Source: an uncultured Bacteroidales bacterium (GTDB lineage Bacteria > Bacteroidota > Bacteroidia > Bacteroidales > UBA3663). From it: a stretch of DNA of 43,044 bases. Every line of letters begins with the position of its first letter. The stretch's first letter is position 1. Positions 10,016-19,499 of the stretch are shown here, in pieces. The stretch covers positions 1 through 43,044 of the forward strand of contig CACZAY010000027.1 in the NCBI GenBank assembly GCA_902779265.1, written 5' to 3'. The notes beneath the pieces were generated by a model. That model made no database searches. It was not told where the DNA came from and worked only from the letters and a program-made list of their open reading frames with translations. The position numbers and the translations under genes were made by a program.

Positions 10016-12847
10016 TTATTTCTCCATGACAATCAGGTTGATGCCTTGACTGAGGCCGGCTGGAATAAGCACTTGGTCGCGCCGCACGAACGGGATGTCG
10101 CCGTACTTCTCGATGCCGGGCGAGGTACACAGGGCCGCCTTGTCGCCACGATTCTGGTTGAGGTCGCCCACCAGACGGTTGCGCCACGGATTGGTGAGCC
10201 GCAACTTGACGGGGAACGTGCATTGGCCCTTCTTGCTTTGGCCGATGCAGGTCGCAACGGCATCGGTGATGTCGAGCGCGTAGGTCGGATCCCAAACCGT
10301 GCCTAGATCGGAGTTGCCCACCCAGACGTGAGCCGTCGCACCCAAGGCCGGCAGGTTCAGTTTGAGGCGTTGGCCAATGTATTTCTCCGGCAGAGTGAGC
10401 GTCAGGTCGTATTCGAGCACGCCGCAATAGTATTTGATGTCGGGATTCTTCGATTCGGTGATGTCGCGTAGTTCGCTGATTTTCTGCGTCTTAATGTCTT
10501 TGTCCGATGGGAATGACAGCCGTCCGTCGGCCTTCGTGATGTGGAGCGTCTCGACGATGGCCGGAGCGAGCACTTCACGGTCGTACGAGGCATCGGCCGC
10601 AACCTCCTCACCGAAGAGGACAATGACCGCCTGACGTGGGCGCAGTTTGATGCGGTAGGCTCCGTCGCGGGGCGTCATCGCGTAGCGTCGGCCATCCATC
10701 GGGTCGAGCAGGACGGCACTGCGACCGACCTCGCGCGTGAATGTCACATCGGCCATCAACTCCTTGTCGTCCTGCATGTTGGCCAAGAAATAGGCATCCT
10801 TTCCGGCCCTCTTGCGGTGCAGGTAGTTGATGCGGCTGTCGTCGGCCTTGTCGGCAAAAACGACCTCGCGCTTGACCTCGGGCGCGGGCAGGAAATCGTT
10901 GTCGCCCCAGATTTCATTGGCCAACCGCAGCACTTCGGCCGATTCCTCCGCGTGGTTCAGCAGTCCGAGCGAGGCGACGGGTTTCACGCCGCACACCTTG
11001 GCTCCGGCCTTGTGCAGCGCGTGCAGTTGGCGCATGGTCAATAGGTTGATGGCCGATTGCCGCACGATGATATATTGATAATCAATGCCTTTCAGGTGCG
11101 GCCGCTGGATGACCAGCCGTCCGTCGCGGACTTGGGTTTCGGCCAATGCCTCGGCGTTGATGTACTGGTATTTCTGACCTTCGGGGATGAGGCGGGCAAG
11201 TTCGTCGGCCTTGCATTCGTTGGCCGGACGGCAATCGCCGATGTAGATCAGCGCATCGGCACACCGCTGTGCACCCTGCATCTGCTCCTGAATGCGCTGC
11301 TGCCATGTCCAGTAGGGCAGCGACTCGTTGAACCACGGATTCAGGCGGTTGAAGGCTTGGCCATAGATGCCGAGCGTGAAGCCCGGGCCGCGATCTTGCA
11401 TCTGGTGCACGTAAGAATGGAGCATCATCTTGCTCACGCCCTCCGAGTAGGCCTGGTTGGCGTATGGCACCAAATCCCACGGTGATTCGCTGTAGATGGC
11501 GGCACCGGTGTAGGCTTCGCTGGCCAAGATGGGTTTGTCGTAGAGCAGCGCGGCGTGCTGTGGCAGGATGTGGTTGAACGGCGCGGTGACCTTCGATGTG
11601 ATAGGGGTCTGCATGGCCTGCAGACGCGCCCAGAACTCGGTCATCGGCACGTCGCAGTACTTGTAGGTCGCCATGATGTCGCAGCCCGGAATGTCGTCCT
11701 TGCCGCCGTAGATGCCCTCGCTGTAGAGCAACATGCCGTTGGCGTGGCACAGGTCGGCCAAGTGCTTGAAGAAGTATTCCTCGATGAGTTCGCCGAGGGT
11801 GAGCCGGTAGTCGTGGATGAAGGCATCGCACGTTGTCGCGTCGAAGATGGCATCGCCCGCAAGCACAGGCAGATAGGGCAGCATCGAATAGCCGCGCCGT
11901 CTTGCAAACTCTTCGGGCAGGTGTTTCGTCCACGTCTGCAGGCGGCACTCCCAACTGTCCACAAGGAAGTAGGAGAACGTCTTGCCGCAATGCCGTCCGG
12001 CGGCCTTCATCACGTCGCGGTTGTAGTGGGCGAAATGCAGATTGAGGGCGGTGGTGTCCATCTTGTCGCACTCGAAACCGGCGCCTTCGGGTGAGGCCGG
12101 ATGGGTCTTCTGTCCCGTCGTGGTGTAGCCGAAACGCAGCACTTCGAACCGTTTTACCTCGCTGCTCAGGATGGAGAACTGCAATTCGGCTGGCACGGTC
12201 AGCACTCCGCGCTTGGCGTCAAGATAGGGCGTGAGGTCTTTCACATCGGCCAATGTCACAGCCCGCTTCAGCCCCACGGGATAGGCCAGCACGCACACGT
12301 CCTCGTAGTAGTTCGCCTTCGTCTCGGGCTGTGGCAGTTCGATTTCCATGCGTCCGTCGGCCAGACTCTGCAGTTCGCTGGCCCCCGTAATCAGCACTTT
12401 CGCGTAGGTGATGCCCTTCATCGAGTTTTCGGGCGCAATCCATGGGCCGCCGGTCTCGCTCCAGCCGTCGCAGTTGGCCGTGCCGATGGTCATGCCGAGA
12501 CGTTCTGCCTCGTCCAATGCCCAACGGAAAAGGTCGTACCACTCCGGCGACGCGAATTTCGCCACGGGCCAGGCCGACTCGTCGATGTCGCGCATATTTT
12601 CGGGTGCGACGTATTTTTCAAATGCCTTGAACTGCGATCCGAACGGCCGATAGACATTGAGGATTGTGGCATTGTCGATGCCGTTGGCCTTCATGGCTTC
12701 GAGGTCTTTGGTGATGCCCTCGCGGGTGATGTGGCCGTTCATCCAGTGCCACCATGTACCTGTGGCCGATGGCGTCTGGGCATTGGCCGTAAACAATGTG
12801 GCCGACAGTGCGGCGGTGGCGATTGCGGTGCGGAGATGGGTGCTCAT
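10016..12847 (-). CDS. Glycoside hydrolase family 106 (alpha-L-rhamnosidase-like)
   Basis: Signal peptide; WWHWMNGHITREGITKDLEAMK, GWSETGGPWI, DSWE, VPMTEFW, SEAYT motifs. Confidence 0.85.
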   Translation of the reverse strand: MSTHLRTAIATAALSATLFTANAQTPSATGTWWHWMNGHITREGITKDLEAMKANGIDNATILNVYRPFGSQFKAFEKYVAPENMRDIDESAWPVAKFASPEWYDLFRWALDEAERLGMTIGTANCDGWSETGGPWIAPENSMKGITYAKVLITGASELQSLADGRMEIELPQPETKANYYEDVCVLAYPVGLKRAVTLADVKDLTPYLDAKRGVLTVPAELQFSILSSEVKRFEVLRFGYTTTGQKTHPASPEGAGFECDKMDTTALNLHFAHYNRDVMKAAGRHCGKTFSYFLVDSWECRLQTWTKHLPEEFARRRGYSMLPYLPVLAGDAIFDATTCDAFIHDYRLTLGELIEEYFFKHLADLCHANGMLLYSEGIYGGKDDIPGCDIMATYKYCDVPMTEFWARLQAMQTPITSKVTAPFNHILPQHAALLYDKPILASEAYTGAAIYSESPWDLVPYANQAYSEGVSKMMLHSYVHQMQDRGPGFTLGIYGQAFNRLNPWFNESLPYWTWQQRIQEQMQGAQRCADALIYIGDCRPANECKADELARLIPEGQKYQYINAEALAETQVRDGRLVIQRPHLKGIDYQYIIVRQSAINLLTMRQLHALHKAGAKVCGVKPVASLGLLNHAEESAEVLRLANEIWGDNDFLPAPEVKREVVFADKADDSRINYLHRKRAGKDAYFLANMQDDKELMADVTFTREVGRSAVLLDPMDGRRYAMTPRDGAYRIKLRPRQAVIVLFGEEVAADASYDREVLAPAIVETLHITKADGRLSFPSDKDIKTQKISELRDITESKNPDIKYYCGVLEYDLTLTLPEKYIGQRLKLNLPALGATAHVWVGNSDLGTVWDPTYALDITDAVATCIGQSKKGQCTFPVKLRLTNPWRNRLVGDLNQNRGDKAALCTSPGIEKYGDIPFVRRDQVLIPAGLSQGINLIVMEK

Positions 12848-12909
12848 GCTGTGGGGGAAATGTTTGTTGGATTTTTTTTGTGGCTTTGGCCGATGGCTCA
12901 TAAAAGGAC

Positions 12910-12951
12910 AAGGCAATGTCCGTCAGCTTGTTGCACGTCGGACATCGCCTT
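12910..12951. terminator. Hairpin downstream of proC
   Basis: AAGGCAATGTCCG...CGGACATCGCCTT. Confidence 0.4.
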
Positions 12952-12969
12952 GACCCAAATCTTCTTGTC

Positions 12970-13670
12970 TTACTTTCCAGCCGCCTTCATCAGGCCGGCG
13001 ATGACAGCGTGGTCGAAGCCCTCCTTGGTCATCTCGTTCAGACCCTTGATGGTGATGCCGCCAGGGGTGCAGACCTTGTATAGAAGCCCAGTTCGATGGC
13101 GGCCTGCATGGCGGCCTTGATGTACTCGAAGGCGTAGGCGATGCCGCACGACGTGACGGCGGTACCGGCAGCCATCTGCTTCTCGTCGATGATGATGGCC
13201 GAGCCGAGTTCGTCGAACATCTTCTTGACCAATGCCTTGTTCTCGTCGCTCACCTTGTCGTTGAAGGCGATGAGCGTCGGGCTCTGCTTGATGGCGATGG
13301 CGGTGTTCGGGATGACGCTGACGAGCTGGAACGTGTCATCGGCCAGGAATCCGTTCAGGTCGGCGAACTTGATGCCGGCTGCGATGCTGATGATGAGCGG
13401 ACGGCGTTTGGCCAATGTGGGACGGATGCCCTCGATGACGGGCTGCACGAGCCACGGCTTGACGGCGGTGACAACGACATCGGCATCGGCCACAGCAGCC
13501 AGATTGTCGGTCGTGATGTTGATTTCAGGCACATCGGCCTTGATTTTGGCCAATGTCTCCTTGTTCGGTTCGCTTACGGTGATTTCTGCGGCCTTGAAGA
13601 CCGTTCCTGTGGCGAGGCCGCGGGCTGTAGCGCCGCCCATGTTGCCTGCGCCGATAATGGCAATTTTCAT
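12970..13670 (-). CDS. proC: Pyrroline-5-carboxylate reductase, interrupted by a frame-breaking internal deletion at ~13080
   Basis: MKIAIIGAGNMG, AVKPW, ISIAAG, PNTA; C-terminus KVCTPGGITIKGLNEM...AAGK* lies in another frame and ends at 12970. Confidence 0.9.
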
Positions 13671-13711
13671 AATTTTATTATTGTTTTGAACTTTGATTCG
13701 TCTGGAAATAT

Positions 13712-13742
13712 TTAACCACGAAATTCACGAAAAACACGAAAA
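13712..13742. repeat. Short tandem repeat (CACGAAA core x3)
   Basis: ttaaccacgaaattcacgaaaaacacgaaaa. Confidence 0.55.
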
Positions 13743-13763
13743 TGTTTTGTCCGCATGGCGAAT

Positions 13764-13794
13764 CTCCTCCCCTCGGGGAGGTCGGGAGGGGGTC
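13764..13794 (-). repeat. REP element GACCCCCTCCCRACCTCCCCGAGGGGAGGAG
   Basis: Near-identical to copies at 8720, 14717, 25791, 32047. Confidence 0.85.
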
Positions 13795-13796
13795 TC

Positions 13797-14660
13797 TCAT
13801 TTCCCGAACACCTTGATGTTGATGTAGCGTTTCGGGTGCGCCTTGATGTCGTTCACGAGGCTGTCAACATCGGCCAAAGTGCCTTCAAGTTGGCGGTGCA
13901 GTTCGTCGCTGTTGATGAGGCGGCCGGCCGTGCCCTGCGTGCTGTTGAGGGCCGACACCATGAGGTTGACCGAATCGAGCGTGGCGTTGGCTTGTCCGAT
14001 GATGTCGCGTATGCGGGCCTCGCGCAGTTCGACGCTGAGCGTGTCGAGGTTGGCGGTGGCATTGTTAACATTGTGCAGGATGCCGGGCAGTTCGCGGTTC
14101 AGGTCGGTGAGCGTGCGGTCGAGCTTGTGTGCCAAGGTGTTGACCGACAGCAGCGTCTCGTTGAGCCTTGTGTCGTGGACGACGGTGTTCAGCCCCGTGA
14201 GCAGCGAATCGACTTTTGGCAGCAGAGCCATAACTTTCGGCATTGCATCGGCAATCCCATCGGTCAGACCGGGAGCCATTCCACCGCCCAGAAGGGTGTC
14301 GCCGGCCGCCATAAAACCATTGGCCGCATCGCCCAAAGTCAGGTGGATGTTGCTGTTGCCCAAAAGGTCGGGCACGATGATGGCCGATGTGCCGCGTGGC
14401 AGTCGCAGCGACGGGTCAAGGTAGAGGCCGAGTACGACCTCGTTAGTCGCGTAGTTGTAGTGCATCGAGCCGACGAAGCCCACTTTGTAGCCGTTCAGTT
14501 TCACATGGCTCGACTCGGCCACACGTTCTACGTTGGGGCTCTGCATGTAATAGACCGTGCTGGTGTGCAGCTGTCCCTTCAGGAACTTGATGCCAAAGAC
14601 CATCGCGACGATGGCCACGATGGTCCAGATACCGATTTTTATCTCTTCTGCGCGTTTCAT
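13797..14660 (-). CDS. MlaD/MCE family protein
   Basis: EIKIGI N-terminal TM; VKLNGYKVGFV; DLLG; GTAGRLIN; DIKAHPKRYI. Confidence 0.9.
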   Translation of the reverse strand: MKRAEEIKIGIWTIVAIVAMVFGIKFLKGQLHTSTVYYMQSPNVERVAESSHVKLNGYKVGFVGSMHYNYATNEVVLGLYLDPSLRLPRGTSAIIVPDLLGNSNIHLTLGDAANGFMAAGDTLLGGGMAPGLTDGIADAMPKVMALLPKVDSLLTGLNTVVHDTRLNETLLSVNTLAHKLDRTLTDLNRELPGILHNVNNATANLDTLSVELREARIRDIIGQANATLDSVNLMVSALNSTQGTAGRLINSDELHRQLEGTLADVDSLVNDIKAHPKRYINIKVFGK

Positions 14661-14716
14661 TATTCTAAAGTTAAGAAATAAGAATTAAGAAATCCTTTTC
14701 ACTCCTCTTAAATTTC

Positions 14717-14747
14717 CTCCTCCCCTCGGGGAGGTTGGGAGGGGGTC
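14717..14747 (-). repeat. REP element
   Basis: ctcctcccctcggggaggttgggagggggtc, 1 nt after the amidase stop. Confidence 0.85.
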
Positions 14748-14748
14748 T

Positions 14749-16086
14749 TTACTTTATTCTGTTGCCGTTTTCGTCAAAGTGAACCGAAAATGCGTCGGGA
14801 AACGATTTGCGCACCTTGAGGATGGCCTGTTGCAGGTCACTCCGGTCGGCGGCCTCGCCGTAGGTGTAGCGGAAATAGCCGTCCACCTCGTAGCATTGCA
14901 CTGGCCACAGGCCCTTCAGCGCCGCATCGCCACGGTTGAAACGGGTCGTCGAACTCATGAACTGGATGCGGTAGCAGGAGCGTTTGGCCAACAGGGGAAC
15001 GGGCGCACCCACGGGAACCTCGGCAGGCGTTGTCGTGTTTGTGGCCAATGCCGTTGCCGTCTCGGACTTCTGCGTCGGGGGTGTCGTCGGGGCCGATGGC
15101 TCTGACTGCACCGGTTCATTGGCCACAACAACCGCAGCCGATGCGGGCTTCTCATCAACCGTTGGAGAGGCCGTCACAGGTTGAGTCTGGGTCGGGATTG
15201 TGGCCGATGGCGTTTCGTCCGCAGCCGCAGGGACATTGGCCAAAACCGGAACCTCGGACTCCTCACGCAGCTGACGGCGCTCCCAGTTGCGCTTGTACTG
15301 CTCAAAGCCCTTGAAGAGCGATGCGGCGAAGAGGTCCTGCGCCTCGGTCGAGTTGAGGAACTTCTCTTCGTTGTAGTTGGTGATGTAGCCCAGTTCGACG
15401 AGGATGGCCGGCATCGGGCTGTAGCAGAGCACGAAGATGTTCTTGTGTTTCACGCCGCGATCCAGCGCATGACTCTTGTAGCTCGACTTGCGCAGGGCCG
15501 ACATGATGTTGTCCTGCACGTAGTGGGCCACCTCCATGCTGTATTTGTTGTGCTTCTCGCGCTGCGCCTGACACAGGATTTTCGTCTCGATATCGACCGC
15601 TGTCTCGAAGTCGATCTGCTTGCCGTCGATGTCGAGATTCTCGCGCTCGATCATTGTCCGTTCGCGGATTCGCTTCTGTTCGGTCTCGCTCTTGCCTTGC
15701 AGGCCCGTGATGCCGAAGACGTAGGTCTCGACGCCCTTGGCCGAACTGCTCTGCGCCGAATTGACGTGAATCGAGATGAAGAGGTTGCCTTTGGCCTCGC
15801 GTGCGATGCGGGTGCGGTCGGGCAAGGTCGGATAGACATCGGTCGTGCGCGTATAGACGATTTTCACGTCGGGGTGGTTCTGTTCGATGAGTTTGCCGAG
15901 CTTGAGTGCCACGTTGAGCGCGATGGTCTTCTCGTCCTGCTTGAATTTGCGGTGCAGAGTGCCCGGGTCGCCGCCACCGTGACCGGGGTCAATGACGACC
16001 ACAAACTGTGACGCTGCAAAGACCTGCAACGCACCGAAGAACAGGGAAAAGGCCAGGACTGTCAGTCGGAAAAGATAGCGGCTCAT
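14749..16086 (-). CDS. N-acetylmuramoyl-L-alanine amidase (Amidase_3) with P/T/A linker
   Basis: VVIDPGHGG.DPG, EK.IAL, FISIHVN, MPAILVELGY. Confidence 0.92.
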   Translation of the reverse strand: MSRYLFRLTVLAFSLFFGALQVFAASQFVVVIDPGHGGGDPGTLHRKFKQDEKTIALNVALKLGKLIEQNHPDVKIVYTRTTDVYPTLPDRTRIAREAKGNLFISIHVNSAQSSSAKGVETYVFGITGLQGKSETEQKRIRERTMIERENLDIDGKQIDFETAVDIETKILCQAQREKHNKYSMEVAHYVQDNIMSALRKSSYKSHALDRGVKHKNIFVLCYSPMPAILVELGYITNYNEEKFLNSTEAQDLFAASLFKGFEQYKRNWERRQLREESEVPVLANVPAAADETPSATIPTQTQPVTASPTVDEKPASAAVVVANEPVQSEPSAPTTPPTQKSETATALATNTTTPAEVPVGAPVPLLAKRSCYRIQFMSSTTRFNRGDAALKGLWPVQCYEVDGYFRYTYGEAADRSDLQQAILKVRKSFPDAFSVHFDENGNRIK

Positions 16087-16099
16087 AATCTGCTAAAAA

Positions 16100-16167
16100 T
16101 GTCATGTTGAGTGGCTCAGAGCATCTCCAGATGATGATTGAGATTCTTCGCCACGCACAGAATGACA
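16100..16167. repeat. TGTCAT...ATGACA-bounded imperfect palindromic repeat (REP-like)
   Basis: tgtcatgttgagtggc...agattcttcgccacgcacagaatgaca. Confidence 0.5.
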
Positions 16168-16200
16168 ATGATGGGAATAATCTGTATGTGAATAATGCTG

Positions 16201-16248
16201 CAAATCTACTGAAAAACTTGCACAACTCCAAATTTATTCGTACTTTTG
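16201..16248. promoter_or_regulatory. Divergent -7 boxes for amidase and aroE
   Basis: TAGATTTG (minus, 16201-16208); TACTTTTG (plus, 16241-16248). Confidence 0.6.
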
Positions 16249-16290
16249 CGGCGTTTTCAACTGAAAAACCTCCGCAACTCTCCGAAATTT

Positions 16291-17058
16291 ATGAACGCAA
16301 AACGCAAATTCGGCCTTTTGGGTCATCCGCTGGGCCACAGTTTCTCCCGACAGTTCCACAACGACCGTTTCGCGCGCCTCGGCATCGATGCCGTCTATGA
16401 GAATTTCGACCTCGACGACATCGCCAAGTTGCCCTCCGTTTTGGCCAATGAACCTGACTTGCGCGGCCTCAACGTCACGATTCCGTACAAGCAGGACGTG
16501 ATGCAGTTCCTCGACGAACTTGACCCGTTGGCCGAGCGCATCGGCGCCGTCAATGTGGTGAAGATTGAGCCATCGGCCGACAGGAATACCCGCGTAGCTG
16601 GAGTGCGTCTGAAGGGCTACAACTCCGACATCGTCGGCTTCCGCGACAGTCTGCGGCCGATGCTCCACAGCGGCGAACGGGCGGCTCTCGTGCTCGGCAC
16701 GGGCGGCGCAAGCAAGGCCATCTTTGTGGCACTACGCGACTTGGGCATCGAGCCGGTCTATGTGTCGCGCACGGCGGCTCCTGGTCGCTTGACTTACAGC
16801 GATTTGACGGCCGATGTGATGGCCTCGCACCTCGTCATCGTCAACTGCACACCGCTTGGCATGTTCCCCAAGGTGGATGCCTGTCCCGACATTCCGTACG
16901 AGCTGCTCACGTCGTCGCACATCTGCTTCGACTGTGTCTATAATCCGGCCGAAACGCTCTTCATGAAACGTGCGGCCGAGCATGGTGCACAGGTCAAGTG
17001 CGGCTACGAAATGCTTGTCGGACAAGCAATTGAAAGCTATCGGATCTGGACAGAGTAG
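16291..17058 (+). CDS. aroE: Shikimate dehydrogenase
   Basis: GHPLGHSFS, GLNVTIPYK, IGAVN, GYNSD, LGTGGAS, NCTPLGM, VYNP. Confidence 0.93.
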   Translation: MNAKRKFGLLGHPLGHSFSRQFHNDRFARLGIDAVYENFDLDDIAKLPSVLANEPDLRGLNVTIPYKQDVMQFLDELDPLAERIGAVNVVKIEPSADRNTRVAGVRLKGYNSDIVGFRDSLRPMLHSGERAALVLGTGGASKAIFVALRDLGIEPVYVSRTAAPGRLTYSDLTADVMASHLVIVNCTPLGMFPKVDACPDIPYELLTSSHICFDCVYNPAETLFMKRAAEHGAQVKCGYEMLVGQAIESYRIWTE

Positions 17059-17330
17059 ACCCTAACCCCAGCCCTTCCCCGTTATGTAGGGGAAGGGAGT
17101 ATATACCAAATGAGGCGTTTTCTTTGGCCGATGATTTCTACCTTGATTATGGCCGATGGCTCACGTCCACAAAATGACCGCAGGGGACTGCCGCGCCATA
17201 TTTTGCAGGTCGCGAATCGTAAGGCTTGACTTCCTTTGCTTCGTTTCTTGGGTTTAGCCAAGAAACGAAGCAAAGGATAGAATAATTGATAATCTTTTAG
17301 CGAGAGTCCAGAAATGCCCTCCGCACAGGA
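17056..17330 (+). repeat. Structured dispersed element, copy C (internally deleted)
   Basis: Shares the GTTATGTA-loop hairpin, GCTCACG.CCACAAAA, TTTTGCAGG...AAGGCTTGACTT and TGCCCTCCGCACAGGA with the copy at 25824; 20-bp perfect stem at 17232-17277. Confidence 0.8.
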
Positions 17331-17357
17331 TAATAAAAAAACTAATTTTCATAGATC

Positions 17358-19415
17358 ATGAAACACATCTCTCTACTCGTATCTCTCTTTCTTGCGGCGG
17401 CATGCACATTGGCCGAGAACCTGAAAGAGTCATTTGAATCGGGACTGCCCAGCTCTGCGTCATCGGCCGAAACCACCGTGGCTTTGGCGTCGGGCGACTG
17501 GAAAATCAAGGGCGTCTATGCGAAGACGGACAACGGCTCGAAACGCGCCACGATGAGTGGCGGCGGCTACGTGATTACGCCCGAGTTGTGTCAGCCGGGC
17601 AACGTGTCGTTCAAGCATCGCGCATCGGGCAACGGCAAGAAACTGCTGGTCGAAAAGTCGGTCGATGGCGGCGCTACGTGGTCGGAAATCGGCACGGCGA
17701 CCATCTCGTCATCGTCCAACTACGGCAGCAGCTCGTTCAAGGTCAATTCGGATGAGGACGACACCGCCGTGCAAATCCGTTTCACCTGCCAGAGCGCGAC
17801 CATCTACTTGGACGACATCGACATCTCGTTGAACTCGGCATCGGCCAACATCACAGACGACGAGACACCCGATCCGACCTACATCACCGAGGGCATTCCT
17901 GTGCCGACACGGCCTTTCCCGACGCCTCTGCACGAATATTTCATTGCTCCCAATGGCAACGACGTGACGGGCGACGGCTCGTTCGAGAAGCCTTGGCTCA
18001 ACCTGCAATATGCCGTTGATCATGCCGTTGCGGGCGACCATATCGTCTGTCGCGGCGGCACGTACACCCCGACCTACAAGAAGGATGGAGAGAAATACAC
18101 TGTGCGCATCACGACTTCGGGTACGGCCGATGCACCAATCGTCATCCGCAACTACGAAAACGAACTGCCCATCTTCGACTTCAAGCAGCAGCTGTTGGAC
18201 AACAGCATCGGCGACCGCGGCATCCTCCTGACGGGCAACCACTGGTGGCTGTTCGGCCTGCACATCACCCACGCGGCCGACAACGGCATCAAGCTCGAAG
18301 GCTCGTACAACCGCATCGAGCGTTGCCAGTTCTCCTACAACCTCGACACGGGTCTGCAGCTCGGCTTCGGCCACGACTTCAGTGCGACGGGTTTCGGCTC
18401 GAAGAACGACGGCACGTATTGCGCCTACAACGACATCATCGACTGCGACTCCTATTATAATTGCGACTACGACAGCAACTACGGCTCGGATGCCGATGGC
18501 TTTGCCTGCAAGATGCACAACGGCAAGGGCAACCGCTTCATCCGTTGTCGCGCATGGCACAATTCCGACGACGCGTGGGACCTCTACGAGACCGATTTCA
18601 GCGTCGTGCTCGTAGAATGTTGGGCGTGGGAGTCGGGCAAGGCGGCCGACCACACTTGGGTCAAGGACTACGTGACGAAGGGCGGCTCGATGTCCTTCTC
18701 GGGCAACGGCAACGGCATCAAGCTGGGCGGCAACGGCACGGGCGGTTCGTCGCGGGGCATCCACTACGCGATTAACTGCATCTCGTTCGGCAACAACAAC
18801 GGCAGCTCGGTCAAGGGCTTCGACTGCAACAGCCACAAGGAGGGGCACGTGCTCATCGGATGCCTCGGCTTCGACAACAGCTACGACTTCATGTTCGAGA
18901 GCGGAGGTTCATCGGCCGACACCTATTTCTGCAACAACATCTGTCTGGGACGGCAGGAGATCTGTGTGGGCGGCGACGACTGGAATGCCATCGCATCGCC
19001 CATGTCGAAGAACGGCTGGACGAACCACCTCGTGACGGGCATCGGCCGCGAAGATTTCATTTCGCTCGACGAGGAGGAGGCGCTCAAGCCGCGTGCCGTT
19101 GACGGTTCCCTGCCGCGACGCTTCGGCCGTCTGGCTGCCGACAGCAAGCTCATCGATGCGGGCGATGCGACATACGAATCGACCTGCGGCGTCTATCAGC
19201 AGCTTGTGGCCGATTTCCCGTTCCTCGCTCGCACCGTCACCGGCCAGTCGCGCGACATCGGCCCTTACGAACGTCCGGCCAGCGATGACGTGAGCGAAAT
19301 CCGCGTAGTGAGGTCGGCGGACAAGAAAAGGGCCACAAAGGCTATCCGCAACGGCCATTTCGTCATCGAACATAACGGACTGACGGTCAACGCTATCGGC
19401 CAAAAAATGAAATAA
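17358..19415 (+). CDS. Polysaccharide lyase family 9 (PelL-like beta-helix), secreted
   Basis: Signal peptide; DADGFACK...GKGNRFIRCRAWHNSDDAWDLY; GNGNGIKLGG; short Bacteroidales-type C-terminal sorting tail (GQKMK). Confidence 0.85.
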   Translation: MKHISLLVSLFLAAACTLAENLKESFESGLPSSASSAETTVALASGDWKIKGVYAKTDNGSKRATMSGGGYVITPELCQPGNVSFKHRASGNGKKLLVEKSVDGGATWSEIGTATISSSSNYGSSSFKVNSDEDDTAVQIRFTCQSATIYLDDIDISLNSASANITDDETPDPTYITEGIPVPTRPFPTPLHEYFIAPNGNDVTGDGSFEKPWLNLQYAVDHAVAGDHIVCRGGTYTPTYKKDGEKYTVRITTSGTADAPIVIRNYENELPIFDFKQQLLDNSIGDRGILLTGNHWWLFGLHITHAADNGIKLEGSYNRIERCQFSYNLDTGLQLGFGHDFSATGFGSKNDGTYCAYNDIIDCDSYYNCDYDSNYGSDADGFACKMHNGKGNRFIRCRAWHNSDDAWDLYETDFSVVLVECWAWESGKAADHTWVKDYVTKGGSMSFSGNGNGIKLGGNGTGGSSRGIHYAINCISFGNNNGSSVKGFDCNSHKEGHVLIGCLGFDNSYDFMFESGGSSADTYFCNNICLGRQEICVGGDDWNAIASPMSKNGWTNHLVTGIGREDFISLDEEEALKPRAVDGSLPRRFGRLAADSKLIDAGDATYESTCGVYQQLVADFPFLARTVTGQSRDIGPYERPASDDVSEIRVVRSADKKRATKAIRNGHFVIEHNGLTVNAIGQKMK

Positions 19416-19440
19416 GGCACATTGGCCGTAAACAGAAGAA

Positions 19441-19483
19441 AAAAAACAGTCACCGGTGTTTTGGGCATCGGTGACTGTTTTTT
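19441..19483. terminator. Bidirectional rho-independent terminator
   Basis: AAAAAACAGTCACCGGTG-ttttggg-CATCGGTGACTGTTTTTT between convergent genes. Confidence 0.85.
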
Positions 19484-19499
19484 GTCGGATTGCGGAGTC

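Noticed and set aside
13038-13100. Programmed ribosomal frameshifting in proC (likewise thrA)
   Set aside because: Conserved residues are physically missing and there is no slippery sequence, so recoding could not restore the protein
656-19415. Canonical polysaccharide utilisation locus
   Set aside because: No SusC/SusD pair in the window; the pectin enzymes are separated by housekeeping genes
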